Positions 18,442-27,736 of a stretch of DNA of 64,000 nucleotides are shown here, in pieces (position 1 is the first letter of the stretch; each line of letters starts with the position of its first letter). The translations under genes were made by a program, and so were the position numbers. The stretch lies in NCBI RefSeq assembly GCF_016714285.1, contig NZ_JADJNN010000008.1, positions 324,669 through 388,668 of the forward strand. Direction: 5' to 3'. Below the pieces are notes generated by a model. The model worked only from the letters and a program-made list of their open reading frames with translations, did no database searches and was not told the DNA's origin. This DNA comes from Nannocystis sp. (GTDB taxonomy: Bacteria; Myxococcota_A; Polyangia; Nannocystales; Nannocystaceae).

Positions 18442-19719
18442 ATGCCGTTCGTGATCGGGGATCCGCCGAGCGCCCTGCGCGTGCTTCGCCTCGCGGACGC
18501 GCGGACGGCCGGCAGCGAGCTGCAGCAGCTCGGCGTGACCACGCCCGCGCCGACCCTCGCGCTGGTCGGCGGGGCGGCGAGCCTGGGCGAGGCCGCCCAG
18601 GCGGTGCTGCGGCCGCTGTTCGTCGACGGCCTGGTGCCCGCGGTCGCGGCCCTGGCGGGGATCGTGGTCGACGGCGGCACGGCGGTGGGGGTGATGCGCC
18701 TGATCGCGGAGGCGCGCGCAGCCGCCGGGGCCCAGTTCCCGCTGATCGGCGTCGCGGCGGCGGGCCGCGTCTCGCTCGGCGACGGCGACGCGGGCCACGA
18801 CACGGTCGCGGCCGAGCCGCGGCACAGCCACCTGATTCTCGTCCCGGGCGATCGCTGGGGCGACGAGTCGCCGTGGCTGTCGGAGATCGTCGGGCTGCTC
18901 GCCGGGCCCGCGCCTTCGCTGACGGTGTGCGCCGGCGGCGGCGACATCACCGTCGAGGACCTCGAGAACAGCGTGGCGGCCGGGCGCGCGGTGATCTTGA
19001 TCGAGGGCAGCGGCGGCACGACCGACGCGGTCGCCGCGGCCCTGACCACGCGGAGCGCGGACCCGCGGCTGCGTCGCCTGGCCCAGGCCGGCAAGTTTCG
19101 CGTCGTGCGCAGCCGCGACGGCGCGGCCGCGCTGCGGGCTGCGATCGAGGCGGAGCTCCAGCCCGGGGCGCAGGCGTGGCCCGGGCCGAAGCCGCCGGCG
19201 CCGGTGCTCGGCGAGGCGGGGCTGCTCGCCGCGATCGCGGCGCTGCAGCTGGGGGCGACGCAGGTCAATTACCTGAGCGCGCGCTGGCTCGACCAGGTGC
19301 GCTGGCTCGACGCCAAGGCGGTCCTGTGCCAGCGCCGCTACTACCGGTCGCGGCGCAGCATCCTCGTGTGCAGCGCGCTGGTGCCGGTGCTGCTGGCGGC
19401 GGCGGAGGGCTACGCGGCGCTGCAGATCGCCGCCGGCGGGCTCAGCCTGGTGGTGACGATCGCGGCGGGCTGGGAGGCGTTCTTTCGTTACGGCGATCGC
19501 TGGCGGCACTACCGGGCGATCGCGGAGCGGCTGCGGCGGGAGGGTTGGCTGTACATCGAGCGCAGCGGGCCCTACGCGGACTACCCGAGCCACGCCCGGG
19601 CCCACGCGGCCTTCGTCCTGAACGCGGAGCAGATCCTCGCCGACGACGTCGAGCAGTTCGTGTCGCGGATCGCCGCGGAGCCGCAGCGCGGGCAGAGCAC
19701 GTCCGCCACACCGCCGTGA
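18442..19719 (+). CDS. SLOG/LOG-like Rossmann domain fused to a C-terminal two-TM domain (SMODS/SLOG-associated 2TM-effector-like, DUF4231-like)
   Basis: LOG-like motifs IVVDGGTAVGVMRLIAEA and CAGGGDITVEDLENSV..ILIEGSGGT. C-terminus YYRSRRSILVCSALVPVLLAAAEGYAALQIAAGGLSLVVTIAAGWEAFFRYGDRWRHYRAIAERLRREGWLY has two hydrophobic helices followed by a W..YR...E.L..EGWLY tail. Confidence 0.65.
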   Translation: MPFVIGDPPSALRVLRLADARTAGSELQQLGVTTPAPTLALVGGAASLGEAAQAVLRPLFVDGLVPAVAALAGIVVDGGTAVGVMRLIAEARAAAGAQFPLIGVAAAGRVSLGDGDAGHDTVAAEPRHSHLILVPGDRWGDESPWLSEIVGLLAGPAPSLTVCAGGGDITVEDLENSVAAGRAVILIEGSGGTTDAVAAALTTRSADPRLRRLAQAGKFRVVRSRDGAAALRAAIEAELQPGAQAWPGPKPPAPVLGEAGLLAAIAALQLGATQVNYLSARWLDQVRWLDAKAVLCQRRYYRSRRSILVCSALVPVLLAAAEGYAALQIAAGGLSLVVTIAAGWEAFFRYGDRWRHYRAIAERLRREGWLYIERSGPYADYPSHARAHAAFVLNAEQILADDVEQFVSRIAAEPQRGQSTSATPP

Positions 19720-19734
19720 GCATGGGCCGCGCGG

Positions 19735-22700
19735 TCACTTCGCGTTGCAGCGGTCGACCTGCAGGGCGGGGCAGACGTGGGTCGACTGGCGGAGCAGCTG
19801 CTCGGCCAGCACGGACTCGTAGGAGTAGTAACAGCCGGCCTCGATCACGTGGCACAGGGTCTGCTCGTAGCCGTCGTGCTTGTTGGCCGAGCGGCGCAGG
19901 GCGTCGAAGAAGAGGGCCTCGCACTGGAAGAACTCGTAGGTCTGCGGGCTCTGCGAGTAGAGGGGCTTGGCGTAGTCCTGGCGGGTGAAGACGATCCGCT
20001 GGTCGTTGCGGAGGCTGCACAGCAGGTGCTCGCGCCACGGCGTGAGGTCGCCTTCCTTCTGGAGCTCAGCGTCGGCCAGCGATCGCGGCTTGTCGCAGTC
20101 GAGGTCGCCTTTATTCTGCTCGGGGGGGAGGAGCGCGGAGAGCAGCTTCTCGGCTTCGCCGCGGCGCCCGGCCTGGACCAGGCGCCACCACAGCATCATG
20201 GCGACGTAGTGGCGGTCCTCGGTCGCGGTGCCGGCGATGAAGTCGCGGGCGTGGCCCTCGAAGCCGTCGCCGAGCAGCAGGTGGGCGAAGGCCGGGTGGA
20301 GCTCCGCGCCGGGGCCCTGGCCGCGAACGACACGCAGCGGTCCGTCGGCGATCCGGGCGGCCTCGATGAGGTCGACGCGGAGCGCGAGGAAGGCGCGCAA
20401 GGTGAGGTCGTAGCTGGTCCTGTCGCTGTCAGGGCCGAGCGCGGCGCCGGCTTCGTCGTAGCAGCCGAGCATGCGCTCGGCGTCGGCGGTGAGCACCCGG
20501 CGCTGGGAGGCGCTGATCCCCGCGAGGCCAGGCGCCTTCAGCTGGGTCCGAAGGGCGCGCAGGCAGCTGCGCCGGACATCGCGGGGCTGCTGGAGGGCCC
20601 AGCTGAGCGCGAGCCGGGAGGCGCTGGGGGCCTTGTCCTTGAGCTGGGCGAGGGGGAGCGCGCAGGTCCGGGTGAAGGTCTCGAAGGCGCCGGGCTTGAG
20701 CAGGTTCTTGAGCAGGGTCTCGAGCAGCTCGGGTGGACCGCCGATCCGCTGGCGGGCGACCTCATCGGCGAGGGCCATGAGCGCCGCGTCGGGGAGGCGG
20801 TCCATCGCCAGGTCGAGCATCAGCTGGGTGCAGCTGCGACTGTCGAACTCATTGCAGATGTCCAGGGCGCGGTCGTAGGCGGTGTCCCACGCGCCGATGC
20901 TCAGGTCGTCGGGCGCGGCGGCTGCGGCGGAGCGTCCGGCGCCCGCGCTCGCGGGCCCGCGCTCGCCGTTCAGGAGGCCCCGGATCTGGGCGCGGTAGCC
21001 GGGGAACTGGTTGCTCTCGAGGGCGGCGCGCAGGAGGTTGGTGCCGAGCATCAGGCCGGTGCGGGCGTCGCGGCCCGGGTCGGCGAGCGTGCCGAGGATC
21101 GTCGCGGGTTCGCGGCCGAGGTCCAGCAGATCCTTGCAGACGCGGTCGAAGCCGTCTGGCGGGATGTGGTCCGCCAGGCGATCGAGCATCGTGCGCGAGA
21201 AGTGGCGCGAGAGATCGTCGAGCCGCTCGGGGTGCTCACCGCGGAAGCGACGCGGGTCGCCGAAGCACACGTGATCGAGGCGGGCCCGCAGCAGCTGGTC
21301 GACGGTGTCCGGGGCCGCGTAGTTGGCGATGAAGTCCGGGCGTAGGTCGCCGCGCTTCGCCGCGGCCAGGAAGATCGCCGTGGCCTCGTCAGGATCGTCG
21401 TGGACGAGGGCATCGATGCCCTGGTCGGTCCAGCTCACGGTCGGGCGCGGCCCGGCCGGGTCAGCGCGCAGGAGATCGAGGAGCCCGGTCGCGGTGCAGG
21501 CCTGTGGGTCATTGGCCGCGGCGCAGTACACGTGCCAGAAGGGCAGGCTGTGGAGCAGCCAGGGCAGCTGGTCGCGCGCCCGCTCCGGCTGCTCGCTGCG
21601 CCACCACAGCGCGCGCACGAGCGCGGGGAGGTCACGGGCCACGACCGGTTGGGCGAGCCACCGCTCGAGGCCCGGAGGATGATGGATGGCCGCGAGGAGC
21701 TCGCTCGCCGAGAGGTCGCCGAAGGGTCGCGGAGTCGGGATGCCGGCGAAGAGCATGTCGACGATCTCGTCGTGGCCGGGCGGCGGCGGGTCGTCGCAGT
21801 GATCATTCGCCGGCAGGTCGGGGTCGGGCCGGGTGGGGGTCGGCGCGTCCTCGGCGAGCCGGGCCGCGAGCTCGCTGGCCAGGAAGTCGCGCTGGCGGCC
21901 GCGGTCCACGGGTGGCACCTCGAGCGCGAGCAGCCAGTCGACCGCGGCGGGCCAGCGCTCGCCACGGAGGCCGTCGCGGGCCGCGAGGATGAAGGCCTCG
22001 CGCAGGCGACCCGCGAGCAGCTCGCGGACGTGGGGGCGACAAGCGGCGTCGTCGCGGCAGCTCGGTGACCAGCGCAGCGCGGCCTCGCTGGCCTGGCACT
22101 GCGCGCGTCGGTCGACCCGCGCGAGCATCGCCTCGACGAAGTCCGGCGTGACGTAGAGCGAGGGGTCGGCGGCGACGCGGGCGAACGCGGTGGTTGCGAT
22201 CGCGGCGGCGCTCGCGGGATAGGTGGCGAGCTCGGGGTGCTGGCGTGCGAGCAGACGCCACAGCGGGGCGCTCCACGCCGCGGCGCGCCCCGGGTGACTC
22301 GCCGTGGGATCGTCGCCGGTGAGAAAGCCGGTGAGAGAACCGGTGAGAAAGCCGGACTCGCGGAGGAGCTTCCAGGGCAGCGAGGGCCGCTCGCGGTCTG
22401 GATCCGCGGTCGCTGGGGCCTCCGCCGCGGGGCGCCGCTCGCGGTCTGGATCCGCGGTCGCTGGGGCCTCCGCCGCGGGGTCGTGGAACACGGCGAGGCC
22501 CGGGCGCGGCGGGCCGGAGGGGAGGGTCAGGCGGACCGACAGCGCGCCGCCGTCGATCTCGAGCTTGAGCTCGTGGTCCGCGAGGCTCGCGTCGCGCCGG
22601 GCCAGGACGGCGAGCGGCACGGGGAGGTGGTGCTCGCGCCAGTGCTTGCCCGCCAGGTTGCGCCACAGCGCGACGATCGCCGGGGAGTCGGAGTCGTCGC

Positions 22701-24240
22701 CGCGGTGCACGATCGTCAGGGCGGCAGGCTTCGCGGGCGCCTGCGTCGGGTCGCAGGGGTCGCGGGGTCCGAGGACGGCGCGCCACACGAGGCCGCGGCG
22801 GAGGCCGGCGAGCAGGCCGGCGGTGGTCTGGCCGCGCAGGCGCCGGATGCTGGCGAAGCGACCGCGGCCCTCGAGCTCGAGGGCCCAGGTCCACAGGCTG
22901 CGGGTCGCGCTGTTCAGCTCATCGCAGCCGCTCGCCGAACGCACCAGCTCGAGCTGGGTCGCCTCCTCGGCGGCATCCCGGGAGATGAGCACGCTGAGCA
23001 TGGCGATCGGCACGGCGATCACCGACAGGACGATCGCGGCGATCACCGCGCGGACCCGGCGGCGTTGCTTGCGGCGGGCGGCTGCGGCGACGCGGCCGAG
23101 CTCCTCCTCGACGAAGGGGCGCAGCACGCGGGTGAAGGCGTCGTGGAACAGCTCGACGACCTCGCCGCGGTCGCGGCGGTGGACGATGCGCTCGCGGTCG
23201 AGGTGGTCGAGCACTGCGTCGATGCGTGGGCGCGGGAGCCCCAGCTGGGACGCGAGGACGTCGACCGGGTAGGCCATGCGGACGCCGATCCGCGGCGCGA
23301 GCAGGCCGAGCACGCGGGCGGTGTCCTGGCGGAGCTGGCCGGTGAGCTCGCGGGTCGCGTCCGTCACGAAGGTGGCGACGATGCCGTCGCAGCCGCCGAG
23401 CTGGCGGTACAGCGCGAGGGTCAAGCGCGGCGCGGCGTCGCCGGCGACGGCGGCCCACAGGCGCCGGAGGACGATCTGCAGGAAGGGTAGGGAGATGCCC
23501 GCGGGCTGGCTCGTGTCGGTCTTCAGCCCGCTGGCGACCACGTCGCCGCGCAGGTCGAGCAGCAGCGCCTCGACCAGCCCTGGCTCGACCTCGCCGTGGA
23601 ATTCAGGCAGGCGCGCGGGCTCGCGGATCGCCTCCTCGGCCTGCTTGCCGGCCAGCGGCCCCAGGCGGTAGACGGCCTGCGGGATCGTCAGGAAGTGCGG
23701 GCGCAGGGCCTCGAGGCTGGCGAGGTACTCCTCGCGCAGCGACAGCACCACGCGCACCGCTGTGTCGTTGCGCAGCAGCGACCCGAGCGCCGCGCCGAGA
23801 GCGTCGAGCTCGGCGGCGTGGCGGATGAACACCTGCTCGAACTGGTCGAGCACGAGGACCAGGCCCTGGGCGTGCGAGGCGGCGGCGAGGCGGGCGGCGG
23901 CGGGCAGGTCGCTCGCGCCGGCGCCGAGGCTCGCGACCAGCGCGGCCTGGATGCTCGCCAGCGGCGATCCGGCCCAGCTGTCGACGTAGACCGGGAGGGC
24001 CCCGAGCTCGCGCAGCGCCGGGACGATGAGGGTCCGCAGCAGCGAGCTCTTGCCGGCGCCGGAGGGCGCGACCATCACCGCCAGCGAGGTGGCGAGGATC
24101 GTGTTGCGGACCAGCTTGCCCTCGGGCTGGCGGCCGAAGAACAGGGCCCGCTCCGACTCGTCGTAGGGGCGCAGCCCGACGTAGGGGCCGGCCGGGCGCG
24201 GGCCGAGCGGGCGCGGGCCGAGCGGGCGCGGGTCGGTCAC
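19735..24240 (-). CDS. STAND-class P-loop NTPase with a TM segment and long alpha-helical C-terminal region
   Basis: GTG start at 24240, with GGAG 6 nt upstream, overlaps the TGA of the upstream gene (GTGA). N-terminus has PRPLG repeats, then PYVGLRPYDESERALFFGR. Walker A: MVAPSGAGKSSLLRTLIVPAL. Walker B: LVLVLDQFEQVF. TM helix RAVIAAIVLSVIAVPIAMLSVLI. Confidence 0.8.
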   Translation of the reverse strand: MTDPRPLGPRPLGPRPAGPYVGLRPYDESERALFFGRQPEGKLVRNTILATSLAVMVAPSGAGKSSLLRTLIVPALRELGALPVYVDSWAGSPLASIQAALVASLGAGASDLPAAARLAAASHAQGLVLVLDQFEQVFIRHAAELDALGAALGSLLRNDTAVRVVLSLREEYLASLEALRPHFLTIPQAVYRLGPLAGKQAEEAIREPARLPEFHGEVEPGLVEALLLDLRGDVVASGLKTDTSQPAGISLPFLQIVLRRLWAAVAGDAAPRLTLALYRQLGGCDGIVATFVTDATRELTGQLRQDTARVLGLLAPRIGVRMAYPVDVLASQLGLPRPRIDAVLDHLDRERIVHRRDRGEVVELFHDAFTRVLRPFVEEELGRVAAAARRKQRRRVRAVIAAIVLSVIAVPIAMLSVLISRDAAEEATQLELVRSASGCDELNSATRSLWTWALELEGRGRFASIRRLRGQTTAGLLAGLRRGLVWRAVLGPRDPCDPTQAPAKPAALTIVHRGDDSDSPAIVALWRNLAGKHWREHHLPVPLAVLARRDASLADHELKLEIDGGALSVRLTLPSGPPRPGLAVFHDPAAEAPATADPDRERRPAAEAPATADPDRERPSLPWKLLRESGFLTGSLTGFLTGDDPTASHPGRAAAWSAPLWRLLARQHPELATYPASAAAIATTAFARVAADPSLYVTPDFVEAMLARVDRRAQCQASEAALRWSPSCRDDAACRPHVRELLAGRLREAFILAARDGLRGERWPAAVDWLLALEVPPVDRGRQRDFLASELAARLAEDAPTPTRPDPDLPANDHCDDPPPPGHDEIVDMLFAGIPTPRPFGDLSASELLAAIHHPPGLERWLAQPVVARDLPALVRALWWRSEQPERARDQLPWLLHSLPFWHVYCAAANDPQACTATGLLDLLRADPAGPRPTVSWTDQGIDALVHDDPDEATAIFLAAAKRGDLRPDFIANYAAPDTVDQLLRARLDHVCFGDPRRFRGEHPERLDDLSRHFSRTMLDRLADHIPPDGFDRVCKDLLDLGREPATILGTLADPGRDARTGLMLGTNLLRAALESNQFPGYRAQIRGLLNGERGPASAGAGRSAAAAAPDDLSIGAWDTAYDRALDICNEFDSRSCTQLMLDLAMDRLPDAALMALADEVARQRIGGPPELLETLLKNLLKPGAFETFTRTCALPLAQLKDKAPSASRLALSWALQQPRDVRRSCLRALRTQLKAPGLAGISASQRRVLTADAERMLGCYDEAGAALGPDSDRTSYDLTLRAFLALRVDLIEAARIADGPLRVVRGQGPGAELHPAFAHLLLGDGFEGHARDFIAGTATEDRHYVAMMLWWRLVQAGRRGEAEKLLSALLPPEQNKGDLDCDKPRSLADAELQKEGDLTPWREHLLCSLRNDQRIVFTRQDYAKPLYSQSPQTYEFFQCEALFFDALRRSANKHDGYEQTLCHVIEAGCYYSYESVLAEQLLRQSTHVCPALQVDRCNAK

Positions 24241-26318
24241 GCGGGTCTCCGGGCCCGCAGGGCGCGGACGAGGGTCGGGAGTTCGATCGAGCTCATGTCG
24301 ACGTGGAACTGCTCCCACAGCCGCTGCTCGAGCGTCGAGGCGGGCTCGCGCACGGCGAGCGCACCGCTGCGGCGATCGTCGTCGCGGGCCGCTTCGCGCT
24401 GGAGTCGCGGCTCGCGGCGGAAGAACGCGTGCCCGATCAGGCGATAGTGCCAGATGTCGAGGTTGAAGCCGAGGAACAGCAGGCGCCGGGTGTACAGCTG
24501 CAGGGCGAAGGCGCTGGGGATCGTCGTGTGCTGGTGCTCGAGCTGGGCGAGGAAGGTGATGTGGTCGCTCTCGGTGATCACGACGGTGTCGAGCTCGCGG
24601 TCGCGGACGGCGGGGTGCTCGGCGAGGAAGGGCGAGCCGAGCAGCTTGTAGATGACGCAGTCGTCGTCGTCGATCTCCGCCTCGAGCTCGGAGGTCAGGC
24701 GGACGGCGGCCGCGGTCGCGGGGTCCCGGCCGCGGGGGTGATGCGCGCTGCGCAGGAGCAGCGCCTTGCCGATGTCATCGCCGGCCGAGCGGAGGATGTG
24801 GCTGACGAGCACGTAGGGGCGCCCGGCCTCGTCGAGGGCGCGCTCGAGCTCGAGGTCGTGGGTCGTGGAGATCACGAACCATGGCGGCTTCATGTCGAGG
24901 ATCATGTCGAACGCCGCCGGCGGCGCGAGCTGGGCCGGTCCGCCGAGGATCTCGCGCAGCTCGACGAGGAAGGCCGGGCGGCCGCGCTCGAACTGCAGCG
25001 CCTCCGCGGCGGCGGCCATCGTCGGGTTGTGGCCGGCGCCGAGGCCGGCGCGCTCGCTGAGCTGCTTGACGATGGCGTAGTAGTTGCGCTGCGAACCGTC
25101 CCAGATGCCGTCGCCGAGGAAGGGGATGAGCTCGCCGCGCCAGAACACCGGGGCGATGCGGTCGACGAACTGTTGCTGCAGCGGGTGGAGCTTGATGTCG
25201 GCGAGCACGCTGCCGCTGCGGCGGCGCAGCTGCATCTCGCTCGGCTTGGTGTTGAAGACCAGCGGCAGGACGCCCTCGCCGAGGGCGACCTGGATCGCCT
25301 GCAGGACCTCCTCGACGGTGCTGATGCCGTCGTGGTTGCTGTCGGCGGCGTCGTTGCTGAGCGCGTGCAGCAGCAGCCCGGTCAGGGGGCTGTGCGCGTC
25401 CTGCCAGGCCTCGGGGCGCGCCGCCGGGCCCGCGCTGGTGGCCAGCAGGACCTTGCCCGGGCCGGGCCCGAGCTGGGTGCGCAGCTGGGCCTCGACCTCG
25501 GCCTTCGCGGTGTCGCCGTAGCAGGCGTCGAGGACGATGAAGAGGTGACCGACCTGGGTCTGGTCGAGGAACATCTGCTTGATCAGCGCGAGCGAGACGC
25601 CGGCCGGGAGCTCGCTGTTGCGGGCGGGGAGGAAGGGGCCGAAGCCGGTGAAGCTGACGTGGCCGGCGAAGTACAGCAGGACGAAGTCGTCGTGGCTGGC
25701 CGGCGCGAGCAGGTCGGCGATCGCCCGCATCAGCTGGCGGCCGTCGGGGTCGACGAGGCTGACGACCTCGAACTCGCACTCGGGCCACGTGAGCGCCTCG
25801 GCGAGGCGCAGGACGTTGCGCTCCGCGGCCGGCAGCGCCGGCGCGTCCGCGCCGCGGGACAGCGCGACCAGCAGGGCACGCCGGCCGCTGCGCTTCGGCG
25901 CGGACGCGGTGGTCGCGGGCGGGGCGGCGAGCCAGGCCCGGATGTCCGCGACGAGCTTGCGAAAGGCCGGGGCGCCGCGGTCACCGATCCAGTCGATGAG
26001 GTCGATGGTCTGGATCTGGTCGTAGGGCTTGGGCGGCGCGACGGGGTCGAGGCGGACCGGGACCAGGACGCCGCGTCGTCGGCCCTCGTCGGCCTCGGAG
26101 CGGATCCAGGTCCGCTGCTCGTCGATCGCGTGCCGCGACCACAGGACGACCACGCAGGCGGCCCGCTCGACCCGCGCCTGCAGCTCGCCGGCGTAGGCCG
26201 TGCCGGCGCGGAGGTCGGCGTCCCACCACACGTCGAGGCCCTCGTCGCGCAGGGCGGTGACGAGGGCGAGGGCGCGCTCGCGATCCTCGCTCGCGTGGCT
26301 GACAAAGACCTGGGACAT
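24237..26318 (-). CDS. Tri-domain effector protein: TIR + caspase-like (C14) + SIR2-like
   Basis: TIR: QVFVSHASEDRERALALVTALRDEGLDVWWD ... VVVLWSRHAIDEQRTWIRSEADEG (S.W...E glutamate present). Caspase dyad contexts LLYFAGHVSF and HLFIVLDACYGD. SIR2-like: GELIPFLGDGIW, VVITESDHITF, RRLLFLGFNLDIWHYRL. Confidence 0.8.
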   Translation of the reverse strand: MSQVFVSHASEDRERALALVTALRDEGLDVWWDADLRAGTAYAGELQARVERAACVVVLWSRHAIDEQRTWIRSEADEGRRRGVLVPVRLDPVAPPKPYDQIQTIDLIDWIGDRGAPAFRKLVADIRAWLAAPPATTASAPKRSGRRALLVALSRGADAPALPAAERNVLRLAEALTWPECEFEVVSLVDPDGRQLMRAIADLLAPASHDDFVLLYFAGHVSFTGFGPFLPARNSELPAGVSLALIKQMFLDQTQVGHLFIVLDACYGDTAKAEVEAQLRTQLGPGPGKVLLATSAGPAARPEAWQDAHSPLTGLLLHALSNDAADSNHDGISTVEEVLQAIQVALGEGVLPLVFNTKPSEMQLRRRSGSVLADIKLHPLQQQFVDRIAPVFWRGELIPFLGDGIWDGSQRNYYAIVKQLSERAGLGAGHNPTMAAAAEALQFERGRPAFLVELREILGGPAQLAPPAAFDMILDMKPPWFVISTTHDLELERALDEAGRPYVLVSHILRSAGDDIGKALLLRSAHHPRGRDPATAAAVRLTSELEAEIDDDDCVIYKLLGSPFLAEHPAVRDRELDTVVITESDHITFLAQLEHQHTTIPSAFALQLYTRRLLFLGFNLDIWHYRLIGHAFFRREPRLQREAARDDDRRSGALAVREPASTLEQRLWEQFHVDMSSIELPTLVRALRARRPA

Positions 26319-26462
26319 GATCGCAGCGGAGCGCGCAGCGGCTTGTGTACCACCATCGGCCGCTGTGTTGCAGGTGATCGAGGCGGGCTTTCTCGTCGAC
26401 GTCGTCGATATCGGGGCCGCGCGAGCGGCCGCGTCCGCGCTGCCCGGCGGCGCCCGGCGGTC

Positions 26463-26900
26463 CTACGGCGAGCTTCGCCGGCGCCGCAGGAGGGGCGTGA
26501 GGAGGAGCAGCAGGAAGGGGGCGGCGGGCGTCCCGGGAGCCACGCGGCAGCCGCTCGTGGTCTTTGCCGGTTGAGACGCCGCGGGGTCTGGCGCTTGTGT
26601 CGCTGGCGTCTGCGATGCCGGGGTTTGTGATGCCGGCGCTGGTGCTGCCGGCGGGGCCCCGGCCTGACAGCGCAGGCAGTCGTGGCTGACCACCTCGGGC
26701 GGCGTGCCCTTCGAGTAGTCGAGGCGGGAGCAGCGGTCCGCGACGCAGGTCCCGGGGCCGCCGCGGAAGTCGCAGGCGTCGCCGGCCTTGCTGGCGCCGC
26801 AGACGAGGTCCTCCGGGGGCGGCGCCTCGTCGGCGCGGGCCGATGCGGGCAGGACGAGGGCGGCGAGTACGAGGATTGGGAGCGGGAGGCGGGTCGGCAT
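26463..26900 (-). CDS. Secreted Cys-containing protein with MYXO-CTERM sorting tail
   Basis: Signal MPTRLPLPILVLAALVLPASARA. C-terminus TSGCRVAPGTPAAPFLLLLLTPLLRRRR (GC + hydrophobic + basic) is the MYXO-CTERM pattern. Confidence 0.55.
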   Translation of the reverse strand: MPTRLPLPILVLAALVLPASARADEAPPPEDLVCGASKAGDACDFRGGPGTCVADRCSRLDYSKGTPPEVVSHDCLRCQAGAPPAAPAPASQTPASQTPATQAPDPAASQPAKTTSGCRVAPGTPAAPFLLLLLTPLLRRRRSSP

Positions 26901-27005
26901 GTCTGTGGATATCTCCGGGGCTGGGTCGATTAGCGAGGTGGTGCTCATGCGGAGTCGGCGTGGAGCAGGGCCCGGAGGCAGGGGATGACGCCGCGAAGTT
27001 GGGGC

Positions 27006-27501
27006 TCACTCGCGCGGCTCGTCGTCGGTCGGAGCGGACCAGTATCCACGCATCAGCTCGGTCATCCACGCGGGCTGGCGCAGCGGGCCGCGGGGCGCGA
27101 ATTCCTGCACCCACGGCTTGAGGTCGAGGACGGGTGTGCCGTCGACGGCGTCGAGGCCGGCGAGCTCGAGCGTGAGGCCGGTGACGCGCTCGATGCGACA
27201 GACGCTGAGGCCGAGTTGGTTCGGGCGATTCTTGCCGCGCTGGGCGAAGATGCCGACCGCGGGCCAGTCGCTGTTGTTGCGCGGGTGCCGGGCGCCGGTC
27301 TCGATGCGGGTCGGGTCGACCTGGTCCATGTGGAAGATGACCTCGACGTGCGAGAAGCTGTCGAGGCCGGCGAGGGCGTCGGGGCTGAAGCGGGCCGGGT
27401 CGAGCTCGATGCGGGCCACCACGGCGTCCCAGTCGTCATCGAGGAGGGGGCGCCGGGTCGAGCGGACGAAGCCGATCGGCTGCAGGATGATCGCGGTCAC
27501 G
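27006..27501 (-). CDS. tsaA: TsaA/YaeB-family SAM-dependent tRNA methyltransferase
   Basis: LDAVDGTPVLDLKPW and IELDPARFSPDALAGLDSFSHVEVIFHM are typical of the YaeB/TsaA family. Start is taken at GTG 27501 (VTAIILQ). The frame stays open upstream through the 18-bp repeat array, so the start is uncertain. Confidence 0.65.
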
Positions 27502-27528
27502 CGGCGCCTCCCCAATGGCGCAGCCGAA

Positions 27529-27621
27529 AAGGGTGGCGCGGCCGAGAAGGGTGGCGCGGCCGAGAAGGGTGGCGCGGCCGAGAAGGGTGGCGCGGCCGAG
27601 AAGGGTGGCGCGGCCGTGGAG
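27529..27621. repeat. 18-bp tandem repeat x5 (gggtggcgcggccgagaa) immediately 5' of the tsaA start
   Basis: Perfect head-to-tail copies. The last copy is degenerate (..gccgtggagaa). Translated in the tsaA frame it would give AAPPFS x5. Confidence 0.85.
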
Positions 27622-27736
27622 AATCTGCGGAGATCCGGGCCGACATCACGGCGAGGGTGACGCGCGGGCGCGGGGTCTGTCAAGCGGGCCACGCCGCCGC
27701 GGGCTGTCACCCGTGTTCGCGCCGTCGTGGGCCCGA

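Noticed and set aside
16194-19988. ORFs 16194..17774(+), 17829..19988(+), 18253..19605(-)
   Set aside because: Shadows of the TPR gene and of the SLOG-2TM gene.
19777-21345. 522-aa plus ORF, 21400..22068(+), 22237..23490(+)
   Set aside because: Antisense of the 4.5-kb NTPase gene.
24303-26630. 775-aa plus ORF
   Set aside because: Antisense of the TIR-caspase-SIR2 gene.
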